Positions 32,061 through 43,001 are shown, numbered from the stretch's first letter. The stretch: 64,000 nucleotides of DNA from a virus (IMGVR_UViG_3300047539_000078:78019-142018); one strand, 5' to 3'. Made by a program: numbers and translations. Notes: a model not told the origin generated them from the sequence alone.

Positions 32061-33783
32061 CTATGATACTACCGTTGCGCTGTTTTCATCGGCATTTTCT
32101 TTGGGGATGTCGATGCCACGGTCGGACAGGAATTTCTCAGCCAGCTTCTTGATGTAGTCAGCCTGGACCACCTGAAGCTTTGTAACCAAATCCTGATTGG
32201 GGTCCCGAAGCCCGGTGATCTGCTGTGTCTTCAGTCCAAGAACGTCCTGAACAACAGGGTCACTCCCATGTTCCGAAACGAGATAGTAAACCACGACGGG
32301 CTCATCCTGCCCATCACGCCAGACGCGCCCGATATTTTGTTCATGGACGCCCGGGCTCCAATCGAGTTCTCCGAATACGACGACATGTGCGACATCCTGG
32401 AGTCCGTCCGTGCCCTGTCCCGACCGTAAACTCATCATCATGACCTTGGAATCGCCGTAGATGAATGCCTTCTTGGAGGCTTCCTTCTGCGCCGGTGTCT
32501 CGGACCCGGTGTACATTACTGGATTGAATTGGGCCAGCCGTTCCAGCCATATCTCGTAGACTTCGCGGTGCCAACCGAACAGGATGACCTTTTCGTTATC
32601 GTTTTCGATGAGGAACTTGACGAACTCGGCGACGAACGGGGCTTTTGAGATGCCGGTCGCCTGCCGCATACGCATGTCAAACTCGCCCGCCGCCTGCATC
32701 TTCTCGCCCTTAAATGATTGGTTCTGCTTCATGATGGTCTTGGCGAGTTCTATGGCTTTGCCTTCCAGAGCGTTCCAGGACGGTAACATCCGTGTCAATG
32801 GTGTGCGGCACGACCGTGATTGCAGGAAGCTCTCTCCGCACCTGCTGGCGGGTTCTGCGCAGCATTATGCCCTCGTCCCGTGCGTAGGTTCCGAAAGCCT
32901 TGGGGTCCTTGATGGAGTCCTTCCCATAGGCGTGAGTGCACCATTCACGGTTGAACTCCTCGCGGGTGCCCAGGACATCCGGCTGGAGAACGTTCACGAC
33001 GTTGAAGATTTCCCCGCCGTAATTGTAGATTGGAGTGGCGCTCAGCCCGAGACGCCATTTTACATGCGATGCGACGTGCTGCGCCGCCTTGTACTTTAAG
33101 GAGCCGTCATGGCGTAGTTCTTGGCATTCGTCGAAGATGACGCTTTTCATGATTGGGGCGAGCGTGTCGGCCCAGCCGTGGAGCTTGTGGTAGGTTGAAA
33201 TGACGACATCGGGGAACTTGCCTTTTTTCACCAAGTCGTAAGGTGTACCCGTGCGCAATCGGTGCGAGGTCATCCCGTCCACGAATTTGTCGATCTGTTC
33301 CGCCCATTGGATCTGCATGTGGGATGGAACAACCACAAGGGTGGGCAAAAGCCGGGAATCGGTCAATCCCGCGATGCCGACCGCCGTCTTTCCGAGGCCT
33401 ACATCGTCAGCGAGGAGAAGTCCCCCGGCAGTCAGCCACATATTCGCAGCAAATGTTTGGTAATCTCGGGCTGGAAGCTTCATGTCGAACTTCTGGGAAG
33501 CTGTCATCCCGCTCAACAGCTTTTCAAGGATCGTGGCTTTTTCCTTGTACTCGCCCGACAAACTATCCATCATTTGCTGGGCATGCGAGTCCACATTCAG
33601 TGGGTAGCGCTGGAGAAACCATTCCAAGTCGCGGCTGGTCTCGGGGGTCGCACTAAGTTTGAAGGTGCCGTGGGCGGACTTGTCCACCTTGCCGAAGATA
33701 CGCTTCAGGCGGAGAGCTACGTGCGGCTCACACTCTATCATCCATAACTTATTCTTGTACTTGAGATTGCCGTAGAACCGCAT
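32061..33783 (-). CDS. SNF2/HARP-like SF2 helicase (frameshift ~32780)
   Basis: LLADDVGLGKT, IFDECQ, LSATPI.N, LRRT, GTDGLQ, DWSPGVHEQ..GRV.R.GQ. Confidence 0.9.
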
Positions 33784-34072
33784 CTTTGTATTCCTCGATG
33801 AGTTCAAGCAGGGCGTCGCCGTGGCAGGGAAACTTCGGGCGGCACCAACATCCCATGACCTTGCCTTCAAGTTCGGGAAGGGCATTCCAGAGTTCCGGCT
33901 TGGATCGGATGTATTCCTTGTATTGCTCTACGATTTTGTACCGTTCTTGGGGAGTATCGTTGCGGAGGGGAAACGGATTGCCCCACTTCGAGGCGGGGTA
34001 TTCCAGGAATGCACGTCCGATATATACATCGAATTGCGATTTTCTCACGTGGACGACCAGTATCTGGGGCAT
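33749..34072 (-). CDS. DUF4326-family protein
   Basis: DVYIGR..SKWGNPF, L.GK.MGCWC.P..CHGD. Confidence 0.85.
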   Translation of the reverse strand: MPQILVVHVRKSQFDVYIGRAFLEYPASKWGNPFPLRNDTPQERYKIVEQYKEYIRSKPELWNALPELEGKVMGCWCRPKFPCHGDALLELIEEYKDAVLRQSQVQE

Positions 34073-34098
34073 TTCCTATGATACCACGATTCGTGCGG

Positions 34099-34872
34099 TT
34101 AGAGGTTGGAGAATCGCCCGCCGCGTTCCACTTGTTCGCCGGGGCGGGCCGGATCAGGGAAGAACGGGCTAATGATGAAGACCAGATTGGGGCGCATAGG
34201 CATCGGGCGCTTCGTGCTGATCGGAAATAGGCCGACGCTGTCCGCGATGCGACCTACCTTTTTCGTCAACTCAGGGATGCCTTCACCCTCGAATGTGGTG
34301 AAGAACGGAATCATACCGCCGACTCCCGGAGGGATGGAGCCGCGACCGCAGATCCGGATTTGTGCGTTGAAGACGATTTCGACGGCATAGAGCGGCCACT
34401 GCCAGCCTTTCTGCTCCATTTTTCCTCGAACAGGTCCCAGCGCTCCAGGATGAGCGGTGCGAACGGCTTCGGGTCGATCCAGTTGAGGAAGTTCGTCGGG
34501 GTGCCGCCGACCCAGTCCGGCTGGAAGAAGTTGTTCGCCGGTTCCTCCGTGAAGTTCCCGTTGGCTAATCGCCTTGAAGCTGTTCCCCTGCGGCGGGGGC
34601 GGGTTGAATGGGGCCACATTGGTGCACTTCCACATGACTGTTCCGTCGAGGATGGTGCTCGCGACCTGTGCGCGATCGAGAAGCCATAGAGTGAACGGGT
34701 AGCCCCAATAGGTGCCGTCAGGGTTGGTGCCGCCGCCTGTCTCCCCGGTCGTCGTAGCCGTCCACGTGATGATGCGAATCTGGTTGTTGCTTATCAGACT
34801 CGTCCCAATCGCGAACTGTTCACGAGGCGTCCACGGCATGCCGCTGGTGCTTACGGTGGTCTTGTAGTCCAT
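34099..34872 (-). CDS. Probable virion protein with carbohydrate-binding-like N-terminus (frameshifted)
   Basis: W.P...F..G ... G.T...P.....DGTVMW motif; frame switches around 34570 and 34420. Confidence 0.4.
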   Translation of the reverse strand: MDYKTTVSTSGMPWTPREQFAIGTSLISNNQIRIITWTATTTGETGGGTNPDGTYWGYPFTLWLLDRAQVASTILDGTVMWKCTNVAPFNPPPPQGNSFKAISQRELHGGTGEQLLPAGLGRRHPDELPQLDRPEAVRTAHPGALGPVRGKMEQKGWQWPLYAVEIVFNAQIRICGRGSIPPGVGGMIPFFTTFEGEGIPELTKKVGRIADSVGLFPISTKRPMPMRPNLVFIISPFFPDPARPGEQVERGGRFSNL

Positions 34873-34889
34873 ACCAATGAATCAGAAAA

Positions 34890-35219
34890 TCAAAAGGATG
34901 TAATGTATACCAAGTAAAGGGATTTGCCGTTGGCGGATTCCGGTAGGGGCATATGCTTCATGCGCGTTGTCACGAGGATGAGGTCCTTGATGCCGGGGTG
35001 TTCCGCATACCGGAAGAGCTGGCGTATTACCGACGAGAGGGAGCCGTCCACCTTGACCTCTATGCCTATACCCGGTTCAGCCAAGAGAAAATCGATGCGA
35101 TCCTTCTTGGTGATCGGCACTTCCCGCTTGAAGGCTATCCCGTCCCCGGCGAGCAGTTGCCCGATACCGGCTTGGAGGTCCATCTCCCCGGAATAGCGGA
35201 AACGGGCGCTATGTATCAA
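34890..35219 (-). CDS. PD-(D/E)xK nuclease-like protein
   Basis: E..LQ, REV, RIDFL, IGIEVK, QL.RY. Confidence 0.75.
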   Translation of the reverse strand: MIHSARFRYSGEMDLQAGIGQLLAGDGIAFKREVPITKKDRIDFLLAEPGIGIEVKVDGSLSSVIRQLFRYAEHPGIKDLILVTTRMKHMPLPESANGKSLYLVYITSF

Positions 35220-35343
35220 CCGGCATAGTCCTTTAGGGGTTCGGTTTGAAGACTATATCGGACAAGTTTTTGACTTTCAACCTCTTAAATGAAATGCATT
35301 ATCTACGGGGTAGCTCCCCGACCTGAAACAGGAGAATACTGAC

Positions 35344-35767
35344 ATGTCGAATCCAGAATTTGTGCTAGCCCAGTTTGAAATCGGGGATGACGCCAAGGGT
35401 CTCGCCCGTGCAGCAACCTATCTTGCCCTGCAAATCTCGACCGGCAAGGCGACCAAGCTCGTCGCATCCGCAGTCTACAGCCGCGCCTCAGGGTCCGCGT
35501 TCCTCGTCCTCTTGCTTGGAACCGCATCATCCGCTGGCGGCGGCACGCTCGGCACCGTGTCGAGCCTTGAGGCGGAAATCGGGGAATCGAACATTGGACT
35601 CACGTCCTTTGCAGCCGCAGCGAACGTGCTCTACACAGGCGGCGGTTCACCGGCTCTCCGGTACTCGCCCACGTCCAGAGCTTCCAGGTGTATGCGCGTC
35701 AATCGGCCATCGCATTCGCCAGCATCGTGCTCTCGAACTAATACCCGCACAACCACAACGTCAATAG
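35344..35767 (+). CDS. Hypothetical (possibly virion) protein, frameshifted 3' part
   Basis: AGGAG RBS; internal repeat FEIGD..KGL / AEIGE..IGL; GGGSPA. Confidence 0.55.
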
Positions 35768-35798
35768 AGCCGACCCCTACAAGGGGTTGGCTTTTTTT
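35768..35798 (+). terminator. Rho-independent terminator
   Basis: AGCCGACCCC-TACAA-GGGGTTGGCT stem followed by a T-tract. Confidence 0.85.
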
Positions 35799-35885
35799 GT
35801 TTAGTCTAGGTCCAGTGTGAGGGGAGGATCGTCTTCCTCAAGGTCCTTGAAGTCAATGGCCTGGATAGGCTTTAGGGGGCGGGAA

Positions 35886-36047
35886 TTAGGCGGCGTGCAT
35901 GTCTTCCGCACGCTCTTGGTCTACTATGTGCTGCGTGAAGGGAAGCATGGCGCAGCGGAACCAGACGGCGACTACCTTGCCGTCCGGCCCGATCTCCACG
36001 TTTACTTCCCCAGTTTGATGAATGGTGCGGTCATGTCCGTATATCAT
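35886..36047 (-). CDS. Small protein absent from the ORF track (MIYGHDRTIHQTGEVNVEIGPDGKVVAVWFRCAMLPF...)
   Basis: 53-aa ORF; TATTAT 5 nt upstream of ATG; may extend through a frameshift. Confidence 0.55.
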   Translation of the reverse strand: MIYGHDRTIHQTGEVNVEIGPDGKVVAVWFRCAMLPFTQHIVDQERAEDMHAA

Positions 36048-36058
36048 CCCCTATAATA

Positions 36059-36887
36059 CTAGGGAATCTGCGGTGCCGCCGAGTCAAAGAACCCGACCGC
36101 CTGCAGTGCATTCACGCTAGCCGCGACATCTGCGTCATCTACGGCCACATTGGAGAACATGACGGCGTTCACAGCAATCGTAGGCACGAGAGATGAAGAC
36201 GACACCGTGAACGTCCCGTTTTGGGCAAGGCACGTGAACTGTGAGCTGTTGTCGACAACGCCGGTGCAATCGACCGCTGAGCCGACGTTGTTGATGCCGC
36301 TAAGAGAAGCCCCACCGTTAAGACTTCCCGGAACGTTAACATATGTCCCGGCCACCCCGTTCAGGTCAGAGGTCGTGGTCGTTATCGAGAGGTTGCCGCT
36401 CATAGCCAAGCCGGTCGGATTCCCCGAATAGATTTGGCTCCACGTCGGGTAGTGGATGTAGCCCCCGCCGTTGTACCAGCCCCACCACGGGTTGTTGTAT
36501 ATGATCGGGTAATGCACGCACGGGCAGCCATGATCAAGTCTGCAACCGCAGTTGTGGTAGTGATAGTGGTACTCATAGACTTGCTTGGTGAAGTCGATCC
36601 ACCCAGCCGGGGGAGGGAATCGTGCCGAGGATGCTCTCCAGGCTGTGCTTGGCACCCGCCAAGTTGCGGGACTCGCCGTCAAGGACGACGCGCATATCCG
36701 TCAGTTTCTTAAGTTCTTCGGTGTGTTTGGCGTTGAGCTTGGCGATCTTGGCGTCCAGAGCCTCGATGAGGGGCTTCTTGGCCTCCAAGTGCTTCTCCAC
36801 ATCCTTGAGCATCTTGGCGTAGCTCTTCTGTTCCGCCGTCAGCTTGACTTTCTTGGTCTTTGATACTGCCTTCTTCGGTCTTCCCAC
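36059..36887 (-). CDS. Coiled-coil plus His/Cys/Trp-rich hypothetical protein (frameshift ~36610)
   Basis: AGGAG RBS; ORFs 36573-36887 and 36059-36682 join. Confidence 0.55.
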
Positions 36888-36899
36888 GATGCTCTCCTG

Positions 36900-37340
36900 T
36901 TAAATGAATTCTCCAGCTCTTAAAAATCCATGAAACGAACCGCATTGAATGCTGCCCGCCCCGGCGTTGCAAGTCACCCCATGCTTATCAACATCAAGGA
37001 GCGGGGGCACCCCGTGGCGGACCCAGCAGCGGTGCAATGTGTCGTCCGGCTGCGTGCAGTTACTCGCCCGTGAGTCGATATCCCAATCCCCGCCCGGGGT
37101 GGCGACCATCAGGTGCGGTTCGGTCTCGTTGCCCCAGACTATATTCTTGGGATACCAAGTCGCCCACCACATAGCACCAACACCGAAATCGTGTGTGAAG
37201 CGCTTTTCCTCACCGGTTAACGGGTTGCGCCACCCTATGTGCGCATAAAACGGGGGCCAATCGTCTTCACTGTGGAAGAGAATGACATTCTTATCTAGTA
37301 TTGGCTCAATTAAAAAGCATTTGATTCCCATTGTCTTCAA
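36900..37340 (-). CDS. DUF6527-like Cys/His metal-binding protein
   Basis: HL.V..P.G.W.ID...HRCW...TC.AGAGSI....FHGFL..G. Confidence 0.55.
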   Translation of the reverse strand: MKTMGIKCFLIEPILDKNVILFHSEDDWPPFYAHIGWRNPLTGEEKRFTHDFGVGAMWWATWYPKNIVWGNETEPHLMVATPGGDWDIDSRASNCTQPDDTLHRCWVRHGVPPLLDVDKHGVTCNAGAGSIQCGSFHGFLRAGEFI

Positions 37341-37501
37341 AAAACAAACTCATAGTCACAAAACTAATTTAATTAGTGAACCTGCCACTATGATACTGGG
37401 TTTTTAACGATTTCACCAAAAATATGCGTTTCAGCATACGCTGAAACCGCCATGTAAGGTGATTGCCAAAAGCTTAGTATTATACAGGTTGAGGACAACT
37501 G

Positions 37502-38694
37502 ATGATTTTGACCTATGGAACCCCCGCACAGCTCAAGAAGTTGCAGGGGCAGAACTGGCATTACATCGAATTGCGCAGCGAGCACACGGTGGAGAACACC
37601 CTGCGTCGCATCGGCGATAAACTCCTCGGTATCTTCCGCAACGAGGCCGTTGAGGTCTTCGTTCCGGTGACGCGCCGCGACTTGGATGTATTCGAGCTTG
37701 AGACGAGTGTCTATGTCTACATCCGCTCCACGTCGTTTCCGTGCGTCATCCGCCTGAAGTCCGTCACCGGCGTAGTCAGCCTCGTTACTGAGGGCGACAT
37801 GAACCGTCCGTCTCGCGCCATCGCCGTGCCCGACAAATACGTCCAGGAGCGCATCAGCGTGATCAAGACCAAGTTCTTCGGTCGCGCCGAGGGCATCAAG
37901 GGTCGGGAGTTTCGTCCGCATCATCGACGGTGAGACACGCGATTACTGCGGTCATGTCCTTCTTTTGAGCGGCACCATGGCCTGCGTCAAGATAGACCTC
38001 AAGACCAAGAGCCTCTTGATCGAGACGCCTATCCGCAACCTGCTCAACCTTCCTAATGTCCCCGACAATCAGCGCGTCTTCTACCACTGCCCGCTGGTGA
38101 AGAAGCTCGCCGAGGACGGTAAAGTCGCGCTCATCACGGAGGACCTCAAGTTTTCTGAGAACGCCAACATGGGCAAGACCCTGCCTGAGATTCAACTGGA
38201 ACCCGAGCAGATCAAGAGATACAGCCGCCAGCGCACGGTGACCGCGCTCGTCAAGCGCCTCGTGACCGAAGGGATGACCGATCCCATAGCGTTGGCCAAG
38301 GAAGTCATCGTCGCCATCAAGAAGAAGGACATCAAGACCCCGAAGAACCTCCTCATCATCTATTGCATCATCAAGGACGCGCTGATGCGGGTCCACTTCA
38401 TGAAGAAGGACCCCCAAGCTGGAGAATTACCGGGATGTCATCCGCAAGCACGGGAAACAGTACAAGTTCAGCCCGTCTGACATTGCGGCTTTGGACCGCA
38501 CATTAGGTGTTCCGATCATGACCCTTGATCCCGCTAAGGATGGCCGAAGCCGCTCCGCCCGCGAGCAGAAACGCCAGCTTCGGGAATTGGAGCAAGAGCA
38601 GAAGGCCGTCGCGGCAGCAGAACCGAAGAAGCGCAAGACTAAATTGAAGGAGTCGAAGCATGAGCAGCCCACCCATTTCACCCAGCACGTATAG
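37502..38694 (+). CDS. NusG/RfaH-like transcription factor (NGN + KOW) with C-terminal extension; frameshifts ~37900 and ~38420
   Basis: NWHYIEL, EVFVP, YVYIR, V.GV..L (NGN); G.FVRIIDG...Y.G.V (KOW). Confidence 0.7.
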
Positions 38695-39501
38695 CGTACT
38701 CCCCGAGGTCACATTCTTGAAGGCTCACGAGAAGCTTATCATCGTGATCTTGCTTATCATCGGCATACTATTCGGCGTCGTCAAAGGCCTTGATGCCTGG
38801 TACTCCGTTGAAAAGCTCAAGTCCGACCAATTGGCGCAGCAGGTCGTCGCCGATCAGAAGCAGATCGCGGCTACTCAGCTGATCGCGGCCCAATTGCAGA
38901 AATCAGCCGTCCAGGACAAGGCTACGCTAACCGCCACGGTTCAAGCCGTAACGACTCAAAACGCCCGGATAAGCGCCCAGAACGCCTCCCTAGCGGCACA
39001 GAACGCGGCTCTGACGAAGTCCACAGCCGTCCAACAGGCAAAAGACGCTACTTTGACGCTTCCGCAGCTTGGGACCCCGCCCTCGTCCAGCTCGTTCCCA
39101 ACGTCAATCCGAAGGATTTCGTCGTGTCCGCCGATGGCAAGGATGCCGCCGTCGGCACGGATACCGCCCAAAAGGTGGTCTCCCAACTCGAACTCGTGCC
39201 GGACCTCCAAGCGCAGAATGCGAACCTCACTACTACAAACACGAATCTCGCATCGGAACTGACCGGCGAGGAGAAGCTTTCCGCCGAGCAAACTTCCTAC
39301 GAGGCCATTTTGGAGAAGGAAGTTGCTGCCCAGACGACGGTGATAGCCGATCAGCAGAAGAAGATCGACGACGCCCAGAAGCTGTGCAACCAGCAGATAG
39401 CGATCGAGAAGACCAACTCGAAGAAGAAGTTCGTTTCCGGATTGAAGTGGGGAGCGGGGATAGGCCTCGGAATCGCGATTGTTGTGGCACACTTCCTATA
39501 A
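38660..39501 (+). CDS. Membrane-anchored coiled-coil protein, spanin-like topology (frameshift ~39070)
   Basis: N-terminal TM (LIIVILLIIGILFGVV), Q/A/T coiled coil, C-terminal TM (WGAGIGLGIAIVVAHFL). Confidence 0.5.
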
Positions 39502-39905
39502 AATGAAAGAATGCCTTAAAGGATGTTTCAAGCTCTACTTGGCCTACATGGCTGCGGGTGCTGCCGCCATACCGGCGGGTATGGCCTACGCCTTCATTGC
39601 TATGAACGGACAGGCAAAGTGGTATGACGCCGCTATAGCGATTTTCGCGGGCTTCCTACTGGCACACCATGCATTCACCTATGTCTCTAAGAAACTAAAA
39701 TGCTAGGATACTATCACAGAAAGAACGGCAAAGCTTTTCATTGCTCATTTAGTGCATACCTGGATTGGACCCGCCGACGGTTCATGCATGTGCTAGTGCC
39801 GGAACTTGATGAGGGGAAGGTTTCCGTTGATTGCCTGATGAAGCTCAACAACGACACATTCACACGGCAATTGATGCTGATGGATTTGTACGGCTCTACC
39901 TACAA

Positions 39906-40472
39906 CTAGTAGACTTCCTTCAGGAACTCGGCGACGGATTTTACGCGGGGAAGGTCCACGTGCCGGTTGTAGGACGTGTCAAGCAGGCGGGCGTTGTGGT
40001 CGGGGATGGTAAGGCACTCTTCCACCGTCGATGGCAGATCGTCCAAACTCCACGGAATCCCCATCTCCCGCAGGAAGTGTTGCTTCATACCCGAACTTTC
40101 CACGACATGGACATTCTTGTCGGGAAGCCCGTTGATGGAAAGCCAAAGCTTTGTTTGTTTCTCAGTGGAATAACCCGTCGACGGCGACCGGCATGTCAGG
40201 AAGTGAACTAATCCTCCGCCGTGTTCGTCCACGTGATTACGCAAAGCTTCCACATTCTCCTCTAAGACCGGCATTTTCATCCAGAGGTTTTCGGACGCGA
40301 GCATATCCTTGAACACGGAATCAAACACGCCTTTCGGGAGGTCGGCGAAGTGGTACTTGGTGCAGATATAGTCATCGGGGATTTTGCCTGGGTGAAGGCG
40401 TCTGGTCACATCGATAGCGGCTGTCATGAAATCGCTCAGCACGCCGTCGAGGTCGATTGATATTCTGGTCAT
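39906..40472 (-). CDS. HAD-family 5'(3')-deoxyribonucleotidase-like protein
   Basis: IDLDGVL, FLTCR, T..WL, LDD, YN. Confidence 0.85.
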   Translation of the reverse strand: MTRISIDLDGVLSDFMTAAIDVTRRLHPGKIPDDYICTKYHFADLPKGVFDSVFKDMLASENLWMKMPVLEENVEALRNHVDEHGGGLVHFLTCRSPSTGYSTEKQTKLWLSINGLPDKNVHVVESSGMKQHFLREMGIPWSLDDLPSTVEECLTIPDHNARLLDTSYNRHVDLPRVKSVAEFLKEVY

Positions 40473-40480
40473 TTGCGGGT

Positions 40481-40912
40481 CTACATCGCACCCCGAGCTT
40501 TCCCCTGCAGGTACGATCCAAATTTCATGATGGCATCCGCCGTCAAATTGTCAACCGTTTCCTGGTACTCGCCGAGTTCATCGAAACCGACCCACTTCGC
40601 CGCACTGAACACGCCAGGCATCGGAATCGGTTCGATGTTGCCTTCTTTCCCGATAGGCTGCGCTATGGCGACGACCACTACATAGTGATGGTCGGGTTTG
40701 ATGTCTTCCGAGATGAAGATGGAGCCGCCGATGGTGACCGCGACGCCGGTCGTCTCGAATACGGCCTTCTGGGCTACGCCGTGCGCCGGTTGTCCAAAGC
40801 TGATTTCGGCCTTGGGTAGCGTCCATTGCTTGGATGCGGAGTCCTGCCCAAGCAGGAGTGATGTCTTGTTCATGACGATGACGGCTACTATGGGCAGGAC
40901 TTGCGGGGTCAT
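40481..40912 (-). CDS. Nudix-fold protein with degenerate Nudix box
   Basis: WTLPKAEISFGQPAHGVAQKAVFETTGV; HHYVVV; A.WV..DEL. Confidence 0.65.
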   Translation of the reverse strand: MTPQVLPIVAVIVMNKTSLLLGQDSASKQWTLPKAEISFGQPAHGVAQKAVFETTGVAVTIGGSIFISEDIKPDHHYVVVVAIAQPIGKEGNIEPIPMPGVFSAAKWVGFDELGEYQETVDNLTADAIMKFGSYLQGKARGAM

Positions 40913-40913
40913 T

Positions 40914-41321
40914 TTACGCCTCGTCTTCGCTCGCGCCGGTTCTGGTTCTTGAACTGGTGCCCGTCGTCGGTGTAGCGGAGGCGTTCGATACCGTGCTAGC
41001 GATTGTCGCTGGCGACGGTGCCGGTGCTGCGGGGGCCGTCGGTGCCGGTACAGGCGTCGTTGACGGGGCTCGTGCCGGGGCCTGCGTCGGCTTGATGAGT
41101 AGTTCCGCCGATGATTTGACCGCGACCGGTTCAGGGACCTTGGTTAACTCAGGGACGGGGACGGCGTTACCCGTTATCGCTGATGTTGGAAATCCAAGAA
41201 GGGGAGCCTGATGATGCCCGATCAGGATGTCAAGCTTTCCCGTAATGTTCGTGAGGTGGCTTTCGAAATTCTTCACGACCTTCTCGATAGCCGCAATTAG
41301 ATTCTTGTCGCTTTCTGCCAT
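40914..41321 (-). CDS. Hypothetical Pro/Ala/Thr-rich protein
   Basis: AGGAGG RBS. Confidence 0.55.
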   Translation of the reverse strand: MAESDKNLIAAIEKVVKNFESHLTNITGKLDILIGHHQAPLLGFPTSAITGNAVPVPELTKVPEPVAVKSSAELLIKPTQAPARAPSTTPVPAPTAPAAPAPSPATIASTVSNASATPTTGTSSRTRTGASEDEA

Positions 41322-41453
41322 TTTGAGTCTCCTCCTTGGAGATGGTGCGTCCCCAATATATTACCCGGATTTGCGGAAAAGCTTGCGGATTATCTTGGAC
41401 ACACCACCACGGTGCGGTTCTCAACCGAACTCACCGTTTAAAATGTCGGGGAT

Positions 41454-41738
41454 TCAATGAACAAGCGTGCCGTTGATGCGTATGCGGCTGGAGCGGGTCA
41501 TGTATTTGGCGATCGAGCGTGCGATAGCCCGCGTCGGGAAGAGGACCGGAATCATGGTCTCCTCCTTTCTCTTTGGACCACCTACGACGTAGAAGCCTTC
41601 GCCGCCTTCAGTCGTCCAGTATGACCACCACGGCTTGCGGTAATCGTTGAGCCGAAGGCGCTGGCCTTCATTCCGACCGAGGATGGTCGGCCTTGCAGGG
41701 TCGTTGTTGCCGCCGAAGAGATTTGTTATGAAGCTCAT
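41454..41738 (-). CDS. Hypothetical protein
   Basis: 94-aa ORF. Confidence 0.5.
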   Translation of the reverse strand: MSFITNLFGGNNDPARPTILGRNEGQRLRLNDYRKPWWSYWTTEGGEGFYVVGGPKRKEETMIPVLFPTRAIARSIAKYMTRSSRIRINGTLVH

Positions 41739-41856
41739 GTTGATATACTACCTCACTTTCACTTAAAGGGGAAGGAAAACATTTCACTTTTCCATTAGTG
41801 ATGGTAAGTTGTTCAAAACAATAGGTTTACAAACAATAGCCAAATTTGCGGCGGCT

Positions 41857-41866
41857 GTGGTATAAT
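41857..41866 (+). promoter_or_regulatory. Extended -10 sigma70-type promoter (GTGGTATAAT)
   Basis: Identical 10-mer also at 49515, 50932 and 62011, each before a gene start. Confidence 0.7.
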
Positions 41867-41886
41867 GTGCGTGGAGGGAAGACGCC

Positions 41887-42768
41887 ATGATCGTTGGTTG
41901 CGAGACGAAAGACGGGCTCATCATCACTCACTCCGAGGATTCCACATGCGAGGTCTGCGCCCCGATGCCAGACGCCAAATGCGAGGTTCCCAAACCCAAG
42001 CGTCCACGGCACAAGCACATTTTCTACGATGCCACGGTTTCTGAGTACCGTGATTGCATGTGCGGCACCCACCGCTGCAATCGCCCCAAGTGCGAAAAAC
42101 CGGCACTTGAAGACGGCGTCTTCTGCAAAAAACACAACCAGCCCGAAGTCTTCTGGAGCGTTGAACGCATTCAAGGGATTCTCGCCGCCCCGCTTGGCAC
42201 GTCCGTTCTTGAGAACGGCAAGACCGTCAACAATACATTCATCATCTATCGCTTCCTGCTCGCTATGTACAAGCGTCAGACCGCCGACGAGCAAGCGCAG
42301 GGCTTCACCAAGCAGGACAACGGCATCGGATTCTCGGGTATCGACTCCCAGTTCCTGTCAAGTGTCGCGGCTCGCGCTCAGCAGTACATCAAGGATCATC
42401 CCGACAACCGCTTCGGCCTTTCTGCCAGACAAGCCGTGACCGTGGCGAAATGCTTGAGGAAGTACGTCAAGACGCAGCTCGTGCGCATCGCCAACGAGAG
42501 CGTTGAGTCGGTTCCCGAGACATCTACGCCACCGACCTATCAGCAGGCTTTGACGGAGCAGTATCCGCAGGGAGTGCCGCTCACGCCGGTACTCGCCTAC
42601 GAACCGCACGAGCCCGTGGCGATGACCGCCATGCTTGAGGCCAAGAAGGCCGACAACCCGACCGCATACTTCGATCCGTTCGACGAGGGCGAGCCCATGA
42701 GCGAGCAAGCCGCCCGCGATTTCTGGAAGAAGCGCTTCGAATCTCACCCGTACAGGGGGAAGCAGTGA
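41887..42768 (+). CDS. Probable early protein with Cys-rich N-terminus
   Basis: GGAGG RBS; Y.RQT.DE...T...NG.GF...D...L motif; CxxC clusters. Confidence 0.65.
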   Translation: MIVGCETKDGLIITHSEDSTCEVCAPMPDAKCEVPKPKRPRHKHIFYDATVSEYRDCMCGTHRCNRPKCEKPALEDGVFCKKHNQPEVFWSVERIQGILAAPLGTSVLENGKTVNNTFIIYRFLLAMYKRQTADEQAQGFTKQDNGIGFSGIDSQFLSSVAARAQQYIKDHPDNRFGLSARQAVTVAKCLRKYVKTQLVRIANESVESVPETSTPPTYQQALTEQYPQGVPLTPVLAYEPHEPVAMTAMLEAKKADNPTAYFDPFDEGEPMSEQAARDFWKKRFESHPYRGKQ

Positions 42769-43001
42769 CGGCGAAAGACATCAAGGTCGGCTCGACGTAC
42801 GTGATACGCCACCACGGCGGTCAGCTATGCGCGGTGCGGGTCGAGGCAATCCTGCATAAGGAATCGCTAGGCGGTCGGTCTGCAACCCGGTACAGTTGCA
42901 CGAAGCTCAGCACGGGCAACGTGATAACGATAAAATCGGCGTCCAAGTTCAGACGCGAATACATGCCGACATACGTGCCGACGGAACCGGAGGAAATGTG
43001 A
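42765..43001 (+). CDS. Small SH3/KOW-like hypothetical protein
   Basis: DIKVG.TY...VRV. Confidence 0.55.
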   Translation: MTAKDIKVGSTYVIRHHGGQLCAVRVEAILHKESLGGRSATRYSCTKLSTGNVITIKSASKFRREYMPTYVPTEPEEM

